Positions 1-10,221 of a DNA stretch of 41,791 nt are shown one piece after another (position 1 is the stretch's first letter; each line of letters starts with the position of its first letter). The translations under genes and the position numbers were made by a program. This stretch comes from Deltaproteobacteria bacterium (GTDB lineage: Bacteria > Desulfobacterota > Syntrophobacteria > BM002). Location: the NCBI GenBank assembly GCA_020353155.1, contig CP070689.1:1239843-1281633 (forward strand), written 5' to 3'. Under the pieces are notes generated by a model. It saw nothing but the letters and a program-made list of their open reading frames with translations, did no database searches and was not told the DNA's origin.

Positions 1-495
1 ACATCCGAGACGTCTGGCAATAGCAGCCATCTGTTTATTCCGTTTGTTTTTGGAAAGCTTGTCGACTTTGGTGACCACGATTATGACCTCGATGGAGGTC
101 GTCTGTAGCCAATGCCAGAGGTTTAAGTCTTCCTTGGAAGGTTCCCGGCGAATATCCAGAAGAAGGACCATTCCCCTCAGATTTGGCCTGCTGGTCAGAT
201 AGGTCTCCACCATGGGACGCCAGCGTTTTTGTATTTCAGCAGGCACCTTTGCGTAGCCATATCCGGGTAGGTCCACAAAACGGTAAATCTCATTGATCTC
301 GAAAAAATTGAGGAGCTGGGTGCGACCAGGTGTCTTGCTGGTACGCACCAGTTTTTTGCGATTTAGTATCTTGTTGATAAGTGAGGATTTTCCTACATTT
401 GAACGGCCAGCGAAGGCCGCTTCCGGCAGGTCCGCGGGTGGGTACTGCTCTGGGGTAACCGCACTACAGATAAACTTTGCTGAACGTATTATCAT
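1..495 (-). CDS. engB: Ribosome biogenesis GTP-binding protein YihA/EngB (3' end runs off the window)
   Basis: Hand translation from ATG at 495: [41 protein letters not shown]...[13 protein letters not shown]...[12 protein letters not shown]...VTKVDKL; G1, G2, G3 and G4 motifs of YihA. Not in the ORF track because it lacks a stop. Confidence 0.96.
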   Translation of the reverse strand, partial: MIIRSAKFICSAVTPEQYPPADLPEAAFAGRSNVGKSSLINKILNRKKLVRTSKTPGRTQLLNFFEINEIYRFVDLPGYGYAKVPAEIQKRWRPMVETYLTSRPNLRGMVLLLDIRREPSKEDLNLWHWLQTTSIEVIIVVTKVDKLSKNKRNKQMAAIARRLGC

Positions 496-580
496 TGGGC
501 TCAAACAGGAAGGTTATTAGCTGGAAATGATTTAGCCTCACCAGTTGGCAGTGCCAAGATAAAGGCGAACCTAGTTTTGC

Positions 581-606
581 CTAGTGCATAGTGCATAGTG
601 CTTAGT
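581..606. repeat. Short heptamer tandem array (TAGTGCA type)
   Basis: CTAGTGC ATAGTGC ATAGTGC TTAGT in the intergenic space. Confidence 0.7.
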
Positions 607-616
607 TTCCCCTTTG

Positions 617-1783
617 CTATACGCTTTCCGCTTTGCGAGTCTTCAGGTAACGCTCGAGTCGATCCATGCCTTCGGTGATGTTCTCTAAAGAATTCGCATA
701 GGTAAGTCGGATATACCCTTCAGCGTTCGGGCCAAAATCAACTCCTGGAGTAACACCCAACTTGGCATTGTGCAGAATATCAAAGGCGAAGCTGTAGGAG
801 TCGCTGCTAAATCGCTTAGCATTGGCCAACACATAAAATGCTCCAGTCGGTTCAACCGTAATACCAAAGCCCATTTTCTTGAGTCGCTGGATCATGTAGC
901 GTCGCCGTTCATCGTAGGTGCTTACCATGCGAGCCACTTCTTCAGCCGCTTCTCTGCTTGTCAGGGCCTCAACTCCAGCCCATTGAGCCATTGCACTGGC
1001 AGAGATGAAAAAATTCTGCTGCATTTTCTGCATGGCACGAACGAAACGTGGCGGTGCAATGACATAGCCCAACCGCCAGCCAGTCATGGCGTATAGCTTA
1101 GAGAAGCCATTCAAGACGAAACATTCGTCAGTGTATTCTAGGATTGTATGTTCTTCCCCTTCATAAACTAGACCGTGGTAAATCTCATCTGAAATAATCA
1201 TCGATCCAAGATTGGCAATCTCAGCCATCCGCTCTGGGGACAGAAGGTTTCCGGTAGGATTGGCAGGGGAGTTAATGAAGATCCCCCTGGTGCGAGGTGT
1301 TATTTTCCTGCGAATCTCTTCGGGCCGATACTGAAAACCATCCTCTTCGGCCACGGGTATCCTGATTGGAACCCCGTCGACAAATCTTATGAAGTTAGGA
1401 TAACAGGCATAGTGTGGGTCCGAGATTATTACCTCATCTCCTGCTTCCAGCAAGGCTCCGAAAATCAGTAACATGGCAGGTGAGGTTCCAGAAGTGACAA
1501 TGATTTGATCCGGGTTAATCTGCACTCCATAAAGTTTCTTGTACTGTTCACAAATGGCCTCGCGCAGTTCCAGGAGCCCCAGGCTGTGGGTGTAGTGGGT
1601 TTTTCCTTCTCTCAGCGCCCTTTCGCCAGCCTCTCGGATACAGATCGGAGTATCAAAATCCGGCTCTCCCACCTCCAGATGGATTACGTGCTCACCCTGT
1701 TTTTCGAGCTCCTGGGCGCGCTCGAGCACGTCCATAACTATAAAAGGTCTTATTTCTTCGGCGCGTTTGGTGATCATGGCCAA
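617..1783 (-). CDS. PLP-dependent aminotransferase class I/II (aspartate aminotransferase-like)
   Basis: GEPDFDTP, NSPANPTG, SDEIY and SKLYAMTGWRLG (PLP lysine) motifs; 388 aa. Confidence 0.93.
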   Translation of the reverse strand: MAMITKRAEEIRPFIVMDVLERAQELEKQGEHVIHLEVGEPDFDTPICIREAGERALREGKTHYTHSLGLLELREAICEQYKKLYGVQINPDQIIVTSGTSPAMLLIFGALLEAGDEVIISDPHYACYPNFIRFVDGVPIRIPVAEEDGFQYRPEEIRRKITPRTRGIFINSPANPTGNLLSPERMAEIANLGSMIISDEIYHGLVYEGEEHTILEYTDECFVLNGFSKLYAMTGWRLGYVIAPPRFVRAMQKMQQNFFISASAMAQWAGVEALTSREAAEEVARMVSTYDERRRYMIQRLKKMGFGITVEPTGAFYVLANAKRFSSDSYSFAFDILHNAKLGVTPGVDFGPNAEGYIRLTYANSLENITEGMDRLERYLKTRKAESV

Positions 1784-1947
1784 GTGTCTAAAATGAGCTA
1801 AAGTGTTCTAAAGAGCCTAAAATTGGGTAAGCGGTCATGGATCATAGGTAATGGATAGTTCGAATCGTTGAAATCGTCGTACTTCTCAAAATCCGCATGC
1901 CAAAATCTGAAATCCGTAATTCTGCTGGCTGTCTGCTGATAGCTGAT
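1782..1947. repeat. Cluster of degenerate 7-10 bp tandem repeats
   Basis: AAGTGTCTA AAATGAGCTA AAGTGTTCTA AAGAGCCTA (1782-1819); AATCCGC..AATCTGA AATCCGT (about 1889-1920); GCTG-based units (1922-1947). Confidence 0.6.
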
Positions 1948-1953
1948 ATTTTT

Positions 1954-2826
1954 TCAAATTACCTTGTACAGAGGATACTCGATAATACCCTCTGCCCCGC
2001 GCTTCATCAGGGCGGGAATGAGTTCACGTACCTGATCCTTGTCGACCACGACCTCAATTGCCAACCAGTTACTCTGGTAGAGGTGCGACACTGTGGGGGC
2101 ATTGAGGCTGGGAAGAATTTCCATCACATTGCCCACTTTGTCTTCAGGTACGTTCATCTTCAGACCAACCATATTCTCAGCCTTCAACGCACCTTGCAGA
2201 AGAAGGGAAATCTGCTCTATTTTTTCCCTTTTCCACGGGTCCTTCCAGGAGTCCACATTGGCAATCAACTGAGTGTTGGACTGCATGAGCTCATGGACTA
2301 TTCTCAAGCCATTGGCCCGCATAGTACTGCCCGTTTCAGTAACCTCAACGATAGCGTCACACAATCCGTCAATCACCTTGGCCTCTGTCGCACCCCAGGA
2401 AAATTCCACCGTAACATTGACACCCTTTTCCTTGAAGTAACTGCGGGTGAAGTTCGTCAGTTCCGTGGAGATCTTTTTGCCCTCCAGGTCGGCCAGTTCT
2501 TTGATTTCTGACTCCAGGGGAACTGCCAGTACCCATCTTGCTGGTCTTTGACTCACCTTGGAGTAGATTAAATCGGCAACAACTTTTACCTGGGAACCGT
2601 TCTCGAGTATCCAGTCCTTTCCAGTCAGCCCTACATCGAAGGTGCCACTCTCAACATAGCGTGACATTTCTTGAGCCCGACAAATGGAGCAACTGATTGT
2701 AGAGTCATTGATCTCCGGAAAGTAATTGCGAGAGCTGAGAGAAATTCGCCAGCCGGATTTTTGGAATAAACTTATTGTAGCGTCCTGAAGGCTGCCCTTA
2801 GGCACGCCTAGTCTTAACTGTTGCAC
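1954..2826 (-). CDS. hisG: ATP phosphoribosyltransferase, long form
   Basis: [25 protein letters not shown] and [16 protein letters not shown] motifs plus C-terminal regulatory domain; start moved to GTG at 2826, downstream of a GAGGAGG RBS. Confidence 0.97.
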   Translation of the reverse strand: MQQLRLGVPKGSLQDATISLFQKSGWRISLSSRNYFPEINDSTISCSICRAQEMSRYVESGTFDVGLTGKDWILENGSQVKVVADLIYSKVSQRPARWVLAVPLESEIKELADLEGKKISTELTNFTRSYFKEKGVNVTVEFSWGATEAKVIDGLCDAIVEVTETGSTMRANGLRIVHELMQSNTQLIANVDSWKDPWKREKIEQISLLLQGALKAENMVGLKMNVPEDKVGNVMEILPSLNAPTVSHLYQSNWLAIEVVVDKDQVRELIPALMKRGAEGIIEYPLYKVI

Positions 2827-2953
2827 GGTGTAAATTACCTCCTCTTCTAGTGCGGCTAAGCCGCAGTCAAATTCGAAACGAATACAAATCATTAGATGTA
2901 GGATCAGGAACTAGAATTTCAAAACCCTCATCAAATATCTCACATCCCACATC

Positions 2954-3322
2954 TCACTTGTAGACTTCCTTGGGATCGAATACTCTAGTCGCAGTGGTTA
3001 TGAGCTCGCCATCCTCAACCTTGCGGTAGAAACAGCTCCCGTACCCTTCATGACAAGCGGCCCCGCCTACCTGGTGAACCTTGAGTAGCACTGTGTCCTG
3101 GTCGCAATCCACGTAAATAGCACGAACTTCTTGAATATGGCCTGAAGTTCCTCCTTTGAGCCACAGCTTTTGCCGGGAGCGGCTCCAGTAATGAGCTTTT
3201 CCGCTGCTAAGGGTCTTGTCCCAGGCCTCCTCATTCATATATGCCAGCATCAATACCTGTCCAGTGTCATCGTCTTGAACGATGGCCGGTACAAGACCAC
3301 CAGTTTTTTGGAAGTCAAGCAT
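2954..3322 (-). CDS. hisI: Phosphoribosyl-AMP cyclohydrolase
   Basis: [39 protein letters not shown] and [10 protein letters not shown] motifs; start moved to ATG at 3322. Confidence 0.97.
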   Translation of the reverse strand: MLDFQKTGGLVPAIVQDDDTGQVLMLAYMNEEAWDKTLSSGKAHYWSRSRQKLWLKGGTSGHIQEVRAIYVDCDQDTVLLKVHQVGGAACHEGYGSCFYRKVEDGELITTATRVFDPKEVYK

Positions 3323-3419
3323 GTTTTTCCTTCCCAGGTCAAACCCTTTTGTTGAAAAACAGCGAGATCTCAAACCCGAGCACTTGTTGTTATTATACCC
3401 GTTTGGCTTTGTCAAGCCA

Positions 3420-3460
3420 GTCATTTTACATTTCGCATTTATCATTTATCATCTGTCATT
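3420..3460. repeat. CATTTNN heptamer array
   Basis: CATTTTA CATTTCG CATTTAT CATTTAT CATCTGT CATT. Confidence 0.8.
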
Positions 3461-3805
3461 GTTAGGAACCCTAAGTCAGCAGCTGTCAGGGTCTTCCTTC
3501 CGGTGCTCTCGTGTCAACAATCCACAAAATATTGTGCCAGAATTAATTCCAGCTGACTGTTAATTAAGGAATGTAGCCTTAACTTTGACCCTTTTCCTTC
3601 TTGCTAAGCAAAACATCTTGTTACGTTCCTTGCCTTGACATGAGCCGACACCTTCACCTAATATTAAGTTAAGTTCAACTTCCCGTTCTCGTCCAACCTC
3701 AAGAGATCATACCTTCGAATCTAAAGTTCCCCGACCACGGTTTAGCCCTGGACTTCTCACTCCCGTAAGTTGCAACTAATCTTGCCCAGTAGGTACGGAG
3801 AAATC

Positions 3806-4480
3806 ATGATTAAATCGTCTCTGTCCCAATATAGAGTCGATAACGTGCCCCTTATCCTTCGGCCAATCTTCTATCTCTATGGTTACGGAGTGGCTATCCT
3901 ATTATTTATCGGCTGCCTTATCTTGAGAAAGATGATTAAGGTTGAGATTTCAGGCCTAGAGAACCTCAGGAAACATGCCAACTACATCTTTTGCTTTTGG
4001 CATACCTTTGTTCCATTGGGCCTGATAAGCTCATTACCGAGCATCCCGAGAACCTTCGATAGAGCTTCTCATGCCTGGATGCAGCACCCCAGCTGGTACA
4101 TGAAAGCAATTCATGTTGTGCTCCGATTGATGGGTGTAGATAAGATAATTCTGGGTTCCACCGGACATTCTGGTCGCGAGGCCGCGGATCAGCTTGTTGA
4201 TTATCTGAGAGGAGGTTATTCCACTCTTCTGATGCCGGACGGGCCAGATGGGCCTCCCTACATACTCAAAAAGGGTATTCTCCACATTTCCATGCAAAGT
4301 GGGATTCCAATTGTTGCGATACAATTTAGTGCATCGAAATTTTTTGAACTTAAGACTTGGGATCGTAAGAAATGGCCCTATCCTTTTTCCACTGTAAAAA
4401 TGAAAATCACTGCCCCAATTCAAATTACCAGCGATAATCTTAATGAGGCACAAAAAAGAATTACAGCAGCGTTGAGCTGA
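3806..4480 (+). CDS. DUF374 / lysophospholipid acyltransferase-superfamily protein
   Basis: IFCFWH, PDGPDGP, G-I-x-I-S and KTWDR..PYPFS motifs; GGAG RBS before ATG 3806. Confidence 0.8.
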   Translation: MIKSSLSQYRVDNVPLILRPIFYLYGYGVAILLFIGCLILRKMIKVEISGLENLRKHANYIFCFWHTFVPLGLISSLPSIPRTFDRASHAWMQHPSWYMKAIHVVLRLMGVDKIILGSTGHSGREAADQLVDYLRGGYSTLLMPDGPDGPPYILKKGILHISMQSGIPIVAIQFSASKFFELKTWDRKKWPYPFSTVKMKITAPIQITSDNLNEAQKRITAALS

Positions 4481-5122
4481 CCTGTTAACTCTCAATTTTC
4501 CCCAACATATTGCGTTCATTTCTTTGAGGTCAAAGTTTAGATTAAGAAATGTAATTCACACTCTTACTATCATCGAAAATGAACTCTGGCCTTTCCCTCT
4601 TAATAGTCCAGATCGAATGTAGTTGATGGTTTTTCTTGGTAGGATCCTTTGCCTTGTGGTATCCTGACTCTAGACAATGTCTTTTCGATCTACAATCAGT
4701 TAAGCCAAGGGACCATAAATGAACCTCAAAGTGGGCTAACCTTGCTCCCAACGGAACATCTGTTATTCTGTTGGGAGTCTGAGATATTGATTGAGATTCT
4801 CCTGGACTTGGTGTGGCATTAAGTTTGACAGTACACCCAAGATACTAACTCTATTTACCCCCCAAACGCTCCACCTCCCTTCAGACCCTTGTCCTCCAGT
4901 GGATTTATCGTTTTCCGCCTCTTCACCGTTCGATCCTTGGTAAAGCTAAATCGCTCCGAGAATACGATAAACTGTTTAGTTTTAGAAAATCTCTGTCCCT
5001 TCTAATCCAAAGCTCTCCTACATTTAGAACACGGTAGCCAAGTCTAGGTCAAAACATGCGGTGGAGGACAAAAATAGATCTTTAGTCCTTGGCTGAGTAA
5101 CAAAGACCAGGAGGTGGTTCCC

Positions 5123-5716
5123 ATGTTCAATCAAAAGAAAGTAATGGATGGGAGAATTTTCAAGCAAATACGGATGCTCTCAATCTTGTTCCTTGCAGTG
5201 CTGATCCCGCTCACTGGCTACACAGCGGATTTAGATTCTGATCTTGTTAACGCAGTTTTGAAGGCCGACACTGCTGCCGTCAATGCCTTGTTGGCCACGG
5301 GTTCAGACGTAAACGCTAAAAATCGAGATGGTGAGACCGTCTTGATATTGGCTGCCAAATATGGTTACACCGACGTGGTGAAAGCTTTACTGGCCAAAGG
5401 CGCCGAGGTGAACGCGAAAAGTCGGGAAGGTCAGACCGCCTTGCTCTTAGCGGCTAATAATGGTCACGCCGACGTGGTAAAAACTTTACTGGCCAAAGGC
5501 GCCGAGGTTAACGCGAAAGATCCCTATTGGTTTGGCAGGACCGCCTTGACCTTAGCAGTTATCCGTGGTCACACCAACACAGTGAAGGTTTTACTGGCCG
5601 AAGGCGCTGATCTGAACGCGAGAGATAGATTTGGAGAGACGGCCCTGACCTGCGCAAAGAGATGTGGTCACATGAAGATCACTCGATTGCTCAAGGATGC
5701 CGGAGCTAAAGAATAA
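5123..5716 (+). CDS. Exported ankyrin-repeat protein
   Basis: N-terminal hydrophobic signal; 4-5 repeats of G-x-T-A-L-x-L-A-A-x-x-G-H-x-D-V-V-K-x-L-L-A-K-G-A-E-V-N; GGAGG RBS. Confidence 0.93.
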   Translation: MFNQKKVMDGRIFKQIRMLSILFLAVLIPLTGYTADLDSDLVNAVLKADTAAVNALLATGSDVNAKNRDGETVLILAAKYGYTDVVKALLAKGAEVNAKSREGQTALLLAANNGHADVVKTLLAKGAEVNAKDPYWFGRTALTLAVIRGHTNTVKVLLAEGADLNARDRFGETALTCAKRCGHMKITRLLKDAGAKE

Positions 5717-6001
5717 CCAGCCATAATGTGGGAACTAACGGCGTTCGTAAGAAAGAAAGCGATCTGAGTAACAGAGAAAGAGTTAACGATCTAAACTGTA
5801 TGGCAGGGTCAGAAATGGCTCTGCCTTTTTGTTTTGGAAAATGTAAATTACATACTTTAATCTTCACTATGTCATTCTATATTCAGCCACTATATATAAT
5901 TATAGTTTGTAGTACGAATATTTGGCTAAAGGATGCGGCGCAAAGGCATTCAACTCTGACTTGCCCTGGAGGACAATGTCTGGTGGCCTCAAATGAAATG
6001 A

Positions 6002-7030
6002 CTAATGACAATGGCTGAGCTGGCCGCAGGCCGCCATGATTCCAGCACCACGGCTTTGGCGCACGGTGGCGGTGAAATGCTTTTCCTGGAGAATTTTTTG
6101 GAACTCGTCGACACTGGTAGGTGAAGGAGCTTTGAATTTAGCCCCTGGGTACTCGTTGAATAGAATGATGTTTATCTTGGCCCGAAGACCTCTTAAAAGC
6201 TTGGCCAGCTTTCCAGCTGCTTCTGGTGAGTCATTCACACCCCCGAGCAGAAGGTACTCGAAGGTGATCCGGTTACGCCGTGGCAGTTCCAGGTCGCGGC
6301 AGGCCTTCAGCAACTCTTCCAGAGGATAACGTCTGTTGATGGGCATGATACGAGATCTTGTCTCGTTGTCCGCGGCATGCAGGGATACTGCCAGTTTTAT
6401 CGGGAAAAGACTGCTAAGTTTGAGCATTTCCGGGATCAACCCCACTGTGGAGAGGGTAATTCGCCTGGTAGAGAAATTGAGGCCGCGATCTGAGGTGATT
6501 ATTTCAAGAGCTTTGAGCACCTGCTCCAGATTGGCAAGAGGCTCTCCCATGCCCATGAATACCAGATTGGTCAGCCTTTCCCCCTCAGCGAGCTCCTTAC
6601 GTGCTGCACATATCTGATCAACTATTTCACCGGCCGTGAGATCTCGGCGGAATCCGTCTCTCCCAGTCAGACAGAAGCGACAACCGTAGGCACAGCCAAC
6701 CTGGCTGGAGAGGCAAAGAGTAAGCCTCTCTCCCTCATCGATCAGAACGCTTTCGATGCGCTCCCCATCTTGAAGTCGCAGTAAAAGCTTTCGCGTCCCA
6801 TCAGCATCGGTCAGAACCTTTTCTCGCTTTACCGAGGAGATATGCGTGTTTTCGGCGAGCCAACTTCGAAAGTCCTTGCTTAAATCGGTCATTACCTGAA
6901 AATCTTCGGCGTTCTGAGAGTAGAGCCATTTGAGTAGTTGTCTGGCTCGGTAAGCAGGCTGCCCCCCTTGCTGGGCCCAGATTTCCAGCTCAGCCGGGGT
7001 AAAATCTTTCAGAAAAACAGGTTCGCTCAT
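6002..7030 (-). CDS. rlmN: 23S rRNA m2A2503 / tRNA m2A37 radical SAM methyltransferase RlmN
   Basis: CLSSQVGCAYGCRFC (CxxxCxxC), FMGMGEPL, SLHA, FEYLLL and AACGQL motifs. Confidence 0.96.
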   Translation of the reverse strand: MSEPVFLKDFTPAELEIWAQQGGQPAYRARQLLKWLYSQNAEDFQVMTDLSKDFRSWLAENTHISSVKREKVLTDADGTRKLLLRLQDGERIESVLIDEGERLTLCLSSQVGCAYGCRFCLTGRDGFRRDLTAGEIVDQICAARKELAEGERLTNLVFMGMGEPLANLEQVLKALEIITSDRGLNFSTRRITLSTVGLIPEMLKLSSLFPIKLAVSLHAADNETRSRIMPINRRYPLEELLKACRDLELPRRNRITFEYLLLGGVNDSPEAAGKLAKLLRGLRAKINIILFNEYPGAKFKAPSPTSVDEFQKILQEKHFTATVRQSRGAGIMAACGQLSHCH

Positions 7031-8340
7031 TTCCGTTTCACGTGATATTCATCAGTTACTCTGTCTTGCAGACAAACCAGATCAAACCTGGCGACACTTC
7101 CTTCCTCAAACCATTTTCTGCCAATTTCCTGGCAAGTGTTACAACTTTTTCTGGGAATCTGGATCGCTAGGAGGTGATTCCCCGTATCAGCATAGGAGTC
7201 GATCTTTAACACGCCGGCACATTCTCTGCAGACTCGAACAACTTCTTTTTGTTCCTCAATGATGTTGTCTGTATCGTAGAAGATGGTCTTGCTGCGCTCG
7301 ACAAATTCCTTGCCCTCCAGATACTTCTCACGTTTTGGTCCGCACTGTTTCTTTTCCTCAAACAGAAAATCACAGGTACTTGCTATAGAACCTCTCACCT
7401 CGTCAGTCTGACTAATCTCTGCCGGATTGTAATCGGGCTCCCGCACCCAGGAATAATCAATCCCGGCAAGTGCCAAAATAATCCCGACGTTCACATAAGG
7501 TAAAGCCCCCTCAATAGAGTATCCCCCTTCAAGCACAGCGATGTGGGGCTTGAGCTTGTCTGTTAGTTTTGCATAACCCTGGGCGGAGAAGTTCATTGCA
7601 GTAATGGGGTCGCTGTAGTGATTGTCCTGGCCTGCAGAATTGACGATGATCTCGGGCTTGAATTCTTCCAATATAGGCAGAACCACCCGATCTATCACAT
7701 AGAGAAACCCTTCCTCAGAGGTTTTGGGTGGCAGCGGTATGTTTATCGTGGTTCCAAGAGCATTGGGGCCACCCATCTCACGGGGAAAGCCGGAGCCAGG
7801 ATATAGGGTGCGACCGTCCTGGTGCATACTAATGAAGAGAGTGTCCGGGTCATGCCAATAGATGTCCTGGGTACCGTCTCCATGGTGACAATCCGTGTCC
7901 ACAATAGCCACCCGGTCCACCCCGTAGGTTTGGCGCATGTGCTCTATCATTACGGCTTCGATGTTAATATTGCAAAACCCTCGAGCACCGTGGACCACTC
8001 GCATGGCATGGTGTCCAGGCGGCCTTACCAAAGCAAAACCGCAATCCACCTTGTCTTCGAGCACCGCCTCAGCAACGGTCATGCATCCACCGGCAGAAAT
8101 GTAGTGGCTTTCGGTAACAACAGTTTCCACTTTCGGCACACAAAAGTGGACACGCTCCACCTCCTTGGTGCTTGCGAGCGAAGGGTTGAATTCCACCAAC
8201 CCCTCGATGTCCAATATACCTTCTTCGAAGATCTGGTCTTGAGTGTAGAGCAGACGCTCTTCCCTTTCTGGGTGAGTGTCACTGATAGCCCAGTCAAAGG
8301 CCGGGAAAAAGACCAGACCCGTTCTTATCTTCGCCTTCAT
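7027..8340 (-). CDS. Histone deacetylase-family (Zn-dependent) amidohydrolase with a Cys-containing C-terminal extension
   Basis: HPE, RPPGHH, GFC, DTDCHHGDGTQ, SAGQD and LEGGY motifs; C-terminal CREC and CNTC. Confidence 0.93.
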   Translation of the reverse strand: MKAKIRTGLVFFPAFDWAISDTHPEREERLLYTQDQIFEEGILDIEGLVEFNPSLASTKEVERVHFCVPKVETVVTESHYISAGGCMTVAEAVLEDKVDCGFALVRPPGHHAMRVVHGARGFCNINIEAVMIEHMRQTYGVDRVAIVDTDCHHGDGTQDIYWHDPDTLFISMHQDGRTLYPGSGFPREMGGPNALGTTINIPLPPKTSEEGFLYVIDRVVLPILEEFKPEIIVNSAGQDNHYSDPITAMNFSAQGYAKLTDKLKPHIAVLEGGYSIEGALPYVNVGIILALAGIDYSWVREPDYNPAEISQTDEVRGSIASTCDFLFEEKKQCGPKREKYLEGKEFVERSKTIFYDTDNIIEEQKEVVRVCRECAGVLKIDSYADTGNHLLAIQIPRKSCNTCQEIGRKWFEEGSVARFDLVCLQDRVTDEYHVKRK

Positions 8341-10007
8341 GCGGTCGCCTCACTATAGGGACTTATGAGACCCGGCTTGACTTGAGCCCTCACCCGGATA
8401 CTCCTTCCCACGGGGTAGAATCCCTTTACCATCTTAAATTCGTGATCCTCCAACAACTCCATTTCCAGATCATCTTCGTTGGCTCCAAGCCGCAAAGCTT
8501 TCTTCCGTAAAAGGTTGAAAGCGATTCTTGTTACTTCCTTCTTGGTGGCTCTCCAGTCGATTTTATCCACATAGCCCTCCTCCGGAGCGATAACGTAGCG
8601 ACGATCCGTGTCCGCCATCACTGTTACCTCGCAGGTGGTTCTGGCAATGGCGGCGCCAATAGCGTTAGCCACATCGTAATTGGGCGGTACTCGAGCCTGC
8701 CAACCGCTCATGATCTCCAGCCTTGGAGCGAGCTCTTTTGCGGGACCCCCAATAACTATCAAGCCTGAGGGCTTCACCTGTCTTCCTTTTAGCAGTTCGT
8801 GAATGGTATAAACCGGCTGCTGGTTGACTCGCTCCACCAGTGCGTACACCGCCTCGAGAATAAGAGCACAGGTTTTGGACACCACTTCTTCCGCGGTCTC
8901 CTCTAAGTTTTTACCCATTCGTTCCGCCAGCCTGCGCATTCCATCGATAGCTCTTTGCTTTTGCCCACCTTGGGCTAAATCCAGGGTGATCAGGGCGTCA
9001 GTCGGGGTTGGCTCCGGCCCTCCATGGGCAAGAGCCCGGCCCTTTCTCTCGGGCCCGACTTTAAGTTCGCCTCTTTCCCATCGCACCCAACTATCGCCGC
9101 CGACACCTATGGAAAAAGTTCGGAGGCTCCGCACCAAAGTGTTAAAACCACCCATCCTTATTCCCAAAGGCTTTAGTAAAGGCACCCCATCCACCAGTAT
9201 AGCTATGTCTGTAGTGGTGCCACCAATGTCTAAAACCACCTCTTCCTTTGTCCTGTCTGCAAAAGTGAGCGTACCCATAACACTGGCCGCTGGCCCAGAG
9301 AGAATGGTCTCCACTGCGTATTGCCCTGAAACCTCCTGGGCCATAGTGCCGCCGTCTGCCTTGAGTATCTCCAATGGTACCTGGATTCCCTCTTTATCCA
9401 TACACCTTCTAGTTGCTTGGTAGAATTTGCGGCTAATTGTGGTTACGGCAGCATTTAGGTATGCGGTGGCAATCCGTCGGCCAAAGTTGAGATGGCCGGA
9501 TAGTTTGTGACCTAGAGTAACACTGCTAAAGTTGTCCGCCAACAAATCACCCATTTTTAATTCGAGACCCGGATTGCGTACGCTGAATTTACTCACCAGC
9601 GCCAGATTGCGAACATTTTTGGAGCTCAATTCCTTGCCAATCCCCAATACTTCGTCATCGCTGAGGGGCGCCACCTCTATACCTCTGTGATCAACGGCAC
9701 CGTTTACCGGATAGTAGTGGTTGCCTATTTCGTAAGCCCAGGGGTTAATCCCTGGGCCACTGGCAACAAGGACTCCCACTGGCTCTATTTTATCCTGCAC
9801 GATGGCATTCGTAGCCAAGGTAGTGCTCACCACCACTCGCTCAATGGATTGAACCTTTAGGCCTTGTATAGCTTCAAAAATTCCGAAACAGACGGTTTGG
9901 AGAAGATCTTCCTCGTCAGTAAGGAGTTTGACCTTGCTGACGATCTCTTTACCCTGTAGGACCACCACGTCAGTGTGTGTTCCACCAACATCCAGACCAA
10001 CAATCAT
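8337..10007 (-). CDS. Hydantoinase A / oxoprolinase-family protein
   Basis: GLDVGGTHTD, STTLATNA, ETILSGPAAS, DIGGTTTD, GGDS, PTPTDA and ANAIGAA motifs; start moved to ATG at 10007 after a GAGGTG RBS. Confidence 0.92.
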   Translation of the reverse strand: MIVGLDVGGTHTDVVVLQGKEIVSKVKLLTDEEDLLQTVCFGIFEAIQGLKVQSIERVVVSTTLATNAIVQDKIEPVGVLVASGPGINPWAYEIGNHYYPVNGAVDHRGIEVAPLSDDEVLGIGKELSSKNVRNLALVSKFSVRNPGLELKMGDLLADNFSSVTLGHKLSGHLNFGRRIATAYLNAAVTTISRKFYQATRRCMDKEGIQVPLEILKADGGTMAQEVSGQYAVETILSGPAASVMGTLTFADRTKEEVVLDIGGTTTDIAILVDGVPLLKPLGIRMGGFNTLVRSLRTFSIGVGGDSWVRWERGELKVGPERKGRALAHGGPEPTPTDALITLDLAQGGQKQRAIDGMRRLAERMGKNLEETAEEVVSKTCALILEAVYALVERVNQQPVYTIHELLKGRQVKPSGLIVIGGPAKELAPRLEIMSGWQARVPPNYDVANAIGAAIARTTCEVTVMADTDRRYVIAPEEGYVDKIDWRATKKEVTRIAFNLLRKKALRLGANEDDLEMELLEDHEFKMVKGFYPVGRSIRVRAQVKPGLISPYSEATA

Positions 10008-10221
10008 TAACCACCTCTGCACTAAATGAGTTGAGCCTTCGCGGGGAGCTTGCAGCCCAGAATTTTGCGTAAGCACGGTTATATCATTCGCGCTTGCTGC
10101 GCTCCGCTCAGTCCCGCAAGCGGGTTCTCAGTTTCGCGGTCAGAGAAAGCCAAATGTGACATGTCCAGGCTAATTTCAATCGCGGCAAAGATAGCAGATA
10201 CTTTTGGGAGAGTCGAGAGGT

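Noticed and set aside
1897-2511. Long antisense ORFs (also 7822..8358, 8824..9423, 17545..18201, 19971..20468)
   Set aside because: Shadows of well-supported genes on the opposite strand with no recognisable motifs.
3323-3445. N-terminal extensions of hisI, CPBP (35889-35966), hisG and hydantoinase in the ORF track
   Set aside because: The upstream starts come from AAATGNN arrays or leader DNA; family homology and the RBS begin at the downstream starts.
4542-4751. 69-aa ORF, and 5728..6018
   Set aside because: No RBS, atypical composition and no motif; treated as non-coding or decayed sequence.
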